Shown here piece by piece: positions 53,778-54,942 of a stretch of 54,942 bases of DNA (the stretch's first letter is position 1; each line of letters starts with the position of its first letter). Origin of the DNA: Patescibacteria group bacterium (lineage in GTDB: Bacteria > Patescibacteriota > UBA1384 > UBA12157 > JAENIV01); the NCBI GenBank assembly GCA_023485405.1, contig JAMCZU010000006.1, positions 1 to 54,942 of the forward strand, read 5' to 3'. Made by a program: the position numbers and the translations under genes. Under the pieces are notes generated by a model that was not told the DNA's origin, searched no databases, and saw nothing but the letters and a program-made list of their open reading frames with translations.

Positions 53778-54942
53778 ATGAATAAGAATTTTATTTTAAA
53801 ATTTTTTCTTGTTATTATTTTTTTAACCTCTTTTTTACTTCTGATTTTTTCCGGGCTTTCGGACTCACAGACAACCGACGAAGCAATTCATTTATTTAGT
53901 GGTTATACTTATTTAACGCAAAAAGATTTTCGACTTGATCCTGAACATCCACCGCTACTAAAAGAATTAGCAGCGACGCCTCTTTTATTTTTTCAAAGTC
54001 TTAAAATTTCTTTAGGTAATTTCTGGATTCAGGCTGGAAATTTTTACTACGATTCTTGGCAAGAGGCGAGGGTGTTGGGGGAGGAATTTTTTTATTCGTT
54101 AGGTAATTCGCCGGCCAAACTTTTATTTTGGGGGAGATTGCCTTTTATTTTTTTAACTTTAATTCTAGGTTATTTTGGTTATTTTTGGGCTAAAAAAATA
54201 TATGGTGAAAAGCCAGGCATTCTTGCATCTTTTTTGATTTTGTTTTTTCCTAATATATTAGCTCACGGTCGTTTGATTAATACCGATTTGGGTTTAACTT
54301 TATTTATTTTTATTGCCACTTATTTTTGGGGACAATTTTTAAAACAGAAAAACTGTCAAAATCTTTTTTTAACGGGGTTATTTAGTGGTTTAGCGATGGC
54401 TTCGAAATATACTGCTATCATTTTATTTATTATTTTATTTGTCTTGGCAGTGATTAAATTATTTCAAGAAAAAGAAAAATACGGCAAAATTATTTTAGGA
54501 TATTTGGGGGTTCTAATTATTTCTTTTATTGTAGTTTGGGCAAGTTATGGTTTTTCTTTACATTTTATGGCCGAATTTTATAAAGGCATTTTTTTTGTTT
54601 TACGACACACGCTTGGTGGACACGGCTCATTTCTTTTGGGGCAAAATTCAAATTTTGGCTGGTGGTATTATTTTCCAGTAACTATTTTTTACAAAACACC
54701 GATCCCGATTTTTATTTTATTAATTTTGACAATTATAATGTTTACGAAAATCAGGGCTAAGAATATTTTCGATGAATATCTTCTAATTATTCCACCAATT
54801 ATTTTTTTGATTTTGGCAATGATTTCAAAAGCCGATTTAGGCATTCGTCATATTTTGCCGATTTTTCCGTTTCTCTTTGTTTTTATTGCTAAATCGATTA
54901 ATTTAATTGATTTTAGAAAAATTAAGTTAGCAACAATTGCCT
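53778..54942 (+). CDS. ArnT/PMT-like (GT39/GT83) polyprenyl-phosphate-dependent glycosyltransferase; 3' end outside window
   Basis: My own translation is open to the window end: MNKNFILKFF..DEAIHLFSGYTYL..DPEHPPLLK..GIRHILPIFPF, a polytopic protein. Not in the ORF track because no stop is reached. Confidence 0.65.
   Translation, partial: MNKNFILKFFLVIIFLTSFLLLIFSGLSDSQTTDEAIHLFSGYTYLTQKDFRLDPEHPPLLKELAATPLLFFQSLKISLGNFWIQAGNFYYDSWQEARVLGEEFFYSLGNSPAKLLFWGRLPFIFLTLILGYFGYFWAKKIYGEKPGILASFLILFFPNILAHGRLINTDLGLTLFIFIATYFWGQFLKQKNCQNLFLTGLFSGLAMASKYTAIILFIILFVLAVIKLFQEKEKYGKIILGYLGVLIISFIVVWASYGFSLHFMAEFYKGIFFVLRHTLGGHGSFLLGQNSNFGWWYYFPVTIFYKTPIPIFILLILTIIMFTKIRAKNIFDEYLLIIPPIIFLILAMISKADLGIRHILPIFPFLFVFIAKSINLIDFRKIKLATIA

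Noticed and set aside
1-54942. CRISPR array, integrase, transposase or prophage genes to explain the repeats and islands
   Set aside because: The repeats are dispersed single hairpins or modules, not regularly spaced arrays. No ORF shows integrase, transposase, Cas or phage structural motifs. The only mobility-type genes seen are the DGR RT, one GIY-YIG gene and two LAGLIDADG genes.

Overview
Low-GC (about one-third G+C by eye), gene-dense bacterial chromosome segment. The gene content suggests a Patescibacteria/CPR-type genome, by inference only: 552-aa AlaRS, class I LysRS, minimal tsaB, LAGLIDADG genes beside tRNAs, many small membrane proteins. Core genes include rpsA, alaS, ftsA, ruvX, mltG, mreBCD-mrdA, greA, lysS, serS, hpf, secA, polX, ftsEX, tsaEB, envelope hydrolases and glycosyltransferases, plus 8 tRNA genes. 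The main accessory element is a complete diversity-generating retroelement (DGR) at about 15.9-18.7 kb. Its 133-bp TR/VR pair differs at 16 positions, all of them TR adenines. It has an inverted Avd gene, and the RT is split by a +2 frameshift inside a (GA)8 tract. The DGR target gene sits in a cassette (hairpin, consensus promoter, 5' leader, GC-rich ORF, GC hairpin terminator). A paralogous cassette with near-identical flanks lies at 50.7-51.7 kb and is bracketed by an 11-bp direct repeat. Several other visibly GC-rich small-gene cassettes with the same layout are scattered through the window. One of them lies behind a c-di-GMP-I (GEMM-I)-like riboswitch candidate, and another has an (AG)7 tract in its promoter spacer. 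Other notable items are an inverted-repeat-flanked GIY-YIG mini-element with two ORF-less copies, two tRNA-abutting LAGLIDADG genes, a csrA gene, an apparently circularly permuted M23 peptidase, and several dispersed hairpin/repeat families. No CRISPR array, rRNA, integrase or transposase was recognised. All calls rest on reading the sequence and ORF translations; no searches were run.
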